Source of the DNA: a virus
Taxonomy: Duplodnaviria > Caudoviricetes
Virus record (IMG/VR): IMGVR_UViG_3300037042_000463
Coordinates: 1-36,745 of that record
Length of the DNA stretch: 36,745 nt
Reading direction: 5' to 3' (one strand)
Positions 35,499-36,745 of the stretch are shown piece by piece (position 1 is the stretch's first letter; each line of letters begins with the position of its first letter). A program made the translations under genes and the position numbers. The notes under the pieces are model-generated. The model was not told the origin of the DNA. It did no database searches and saw only the letters and a program-made list of their open reading frames with translations.

Positions 35499-36644
35499 GA
35501 AGGATAGATATGAGTCATCTGTGTAGTACTCCTCCTTGATGTAAGTGGCAGCATATCGGATGGCATCCATTGCATCATCCCAAAGTTTGACAGGCTCATC
35601 TGTAATGGTATCACCTATTTTTTTCCACTTGTAATTCTCATACTCTTTCTTAAGTTGGGGATGGTCTTCACATTGAACTCCAAAGGTTTTGATGTTATCT
35701 ATTCCTTTCTTTACTACCTTGTTAGCATTCTCAATATAGTATCCTGCCCTATCTATCTCAGCTATGGTCTCAGGCCTTGAGTAGTCAGCTAAGATGTTAA
35801 TACTCTTCTCTATGCCTAACTGATCCATCCTTGCAATGAGGTCAGTAGTGGTGAGATAGCTCTCATATATCACAGGCTCAATGTATAAGTCCTTATCCCT
35901 CCAATAGACTCTCACTAATGCAGTTGGGTGATTGTAACCAAAGTCTAAGCCATAGACATAGTCAGTGAACTTGGATGGTCTATGCTTGACAAATGTCCAA
36001 TTGCTATAGATGTTACTCTTGGAGATGGCTTTCTCACCTAATGCATATATCTGATACTGTGCCTCATCTGTTCTCTTTAAGTCCTCAATCTGTTTCTTAA
36101 TGCTCTCAGGCAGGAACGGGTTGTCCTTATAGGTTGACTTAATTAGGATGCTCTCCTCTGTTGGTAACTCATACAGCCATGAGTTAGACTCAGATGGGTT
36201 GTAGTCAAAGATTAGCTTGTTCTCAGTTCTCATATTGAGCTGAGTGAAGTCATCATAATACAGCTCATTAGCCTCATTGCACCATGCCATATCTCTCTTC
36301 CTACCTCTTATCTTTTGCTCATCATCCACTGAAAAGAACTCTACTATAGAGCCATTGCTAAAAGTGTAGATGTGCTCTGACTTGTTATGACTGTTCACAT
36401 CATATATCTCAAGGCTCTTCATTATCTCAAGGAAGTCTCTCATGACTGTAGCTCTCAAGGCAGGGAATGTTTTACGAATGATGCTCACTACCTTACCTCT
36501 GTTCTGTAGGCAATACACTATGATTAGCTGGCATAGTGAGTAGGTCTTAGAACTCCTTGAGCCTCCCTCATTAATGATAAACCTCACATCTGAGTTGAGT
36601 GCATCATGGTTCTTTTCAAATATCACTGTACTGTTTAGCTCCAT
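35496..36644 (-). CDS. terL: Terminase large subunit (second copy)
   Basis: Identical translation to 5240..6388. Confidence 0.93.
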   Translation of the reverse strand: MELNSTVIFEKNHDALNSDVRFIINEGGSRSSKTYSLCQLIIVYCLQNRGKVVSIIRKTFPALRATVMRDFLEIMKSLEIYDVNSHNKSEHIYTFSNGSIVEFFSVDDEQKIRGRKRDMAWCNEANELYYDDFTQLNMRTENKLIFDYNPSESNSWLYELPTEESILIKSTYKDNPFLPESIKKQIEDLKRTDEAQYQIYALGEKAISKSNIYSNWTFVKHRPSKFTDYVYGLDFGYNHPTALVRVYWRDKDLYIEPVIYESYLTTTDLIARMDQLGIEKSINILADYSRPETIAEIDRAGYYIENANKVVKKGIDNIKTFGVQCEDHPQLKKEYENYKWKKIGDTITDEPVKLWDDAMDAIRYAATYIKEEYYTDDSYLSF

Positions 36645-36745
36645 TTTAGGCAAAGGTTTGGCTATACCACTTATTAGTAGTATAGTTAATATATATCTTA
36701 TAGGTTATATTACTTAATAATATTAACCTTAATCTCATTGATAGA

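Larger units (their letters stand above)
30248..36745. repeat. Copy 2 of the 6.5 kb direct repeat
   Basis: Matches 1-6489. Confidence 0.97.

Noticed and set aside
30248-36745. True duplication giving two terminase and tail gene sets
   Set aside because: The repeat runs to both window edges at a genome-length period, consistent with circular overlap.
1-36745. Lysogeny module, tRNA genes or stop-codon reassignment
   Set aside because: No integrase or cloverleaf recognised. Genes are full-length and densely packed under the standard code, ending in TAA, TGA and TAG.

Overview
The window holds about 1.2 copies of a compact (~30.25 kb), apparently lytic tailed phage genome. The host is most likely a Bacteroidota member, based on TTTG-N19/20-TAnnTTTG promoters and DUF3127-, ERF- and XkdF-type genes. 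Positions 1-6489 recur at 30248-36745. They look identical from about 1650 onward, but carry two clearly different alleles of the tape-measure N-terminal hydrophobic region and the tail-tip C-terminal domain. Nearly all genes are on the minus strand. The early/replication block has HNH, DnaA-C-like HTH, an iteron cluster, PrimPol-DUF3987, DUF3223-HNH, VRR-NUC, ERF, YqaJ-like exonuclease and SSB-like genes. Next come an ECF-like sigma factor, TerS/TerL and a morphogenesis region with strongly non-canonical order, ending in a lysis cassette. The most notable signal is a bipartite motif, TAA(C/T/A)R-N14/15-TACAATATAGGY-ATG, fused directly to the start codon of the first gene of five late blocks. 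It suggests a leaderless late regulon driven by the phage sigma factor. No integrase, reverse transcriptase, CRISPR array or tRNA was recognised. All family calls are by eye from motifs, not from database searches.
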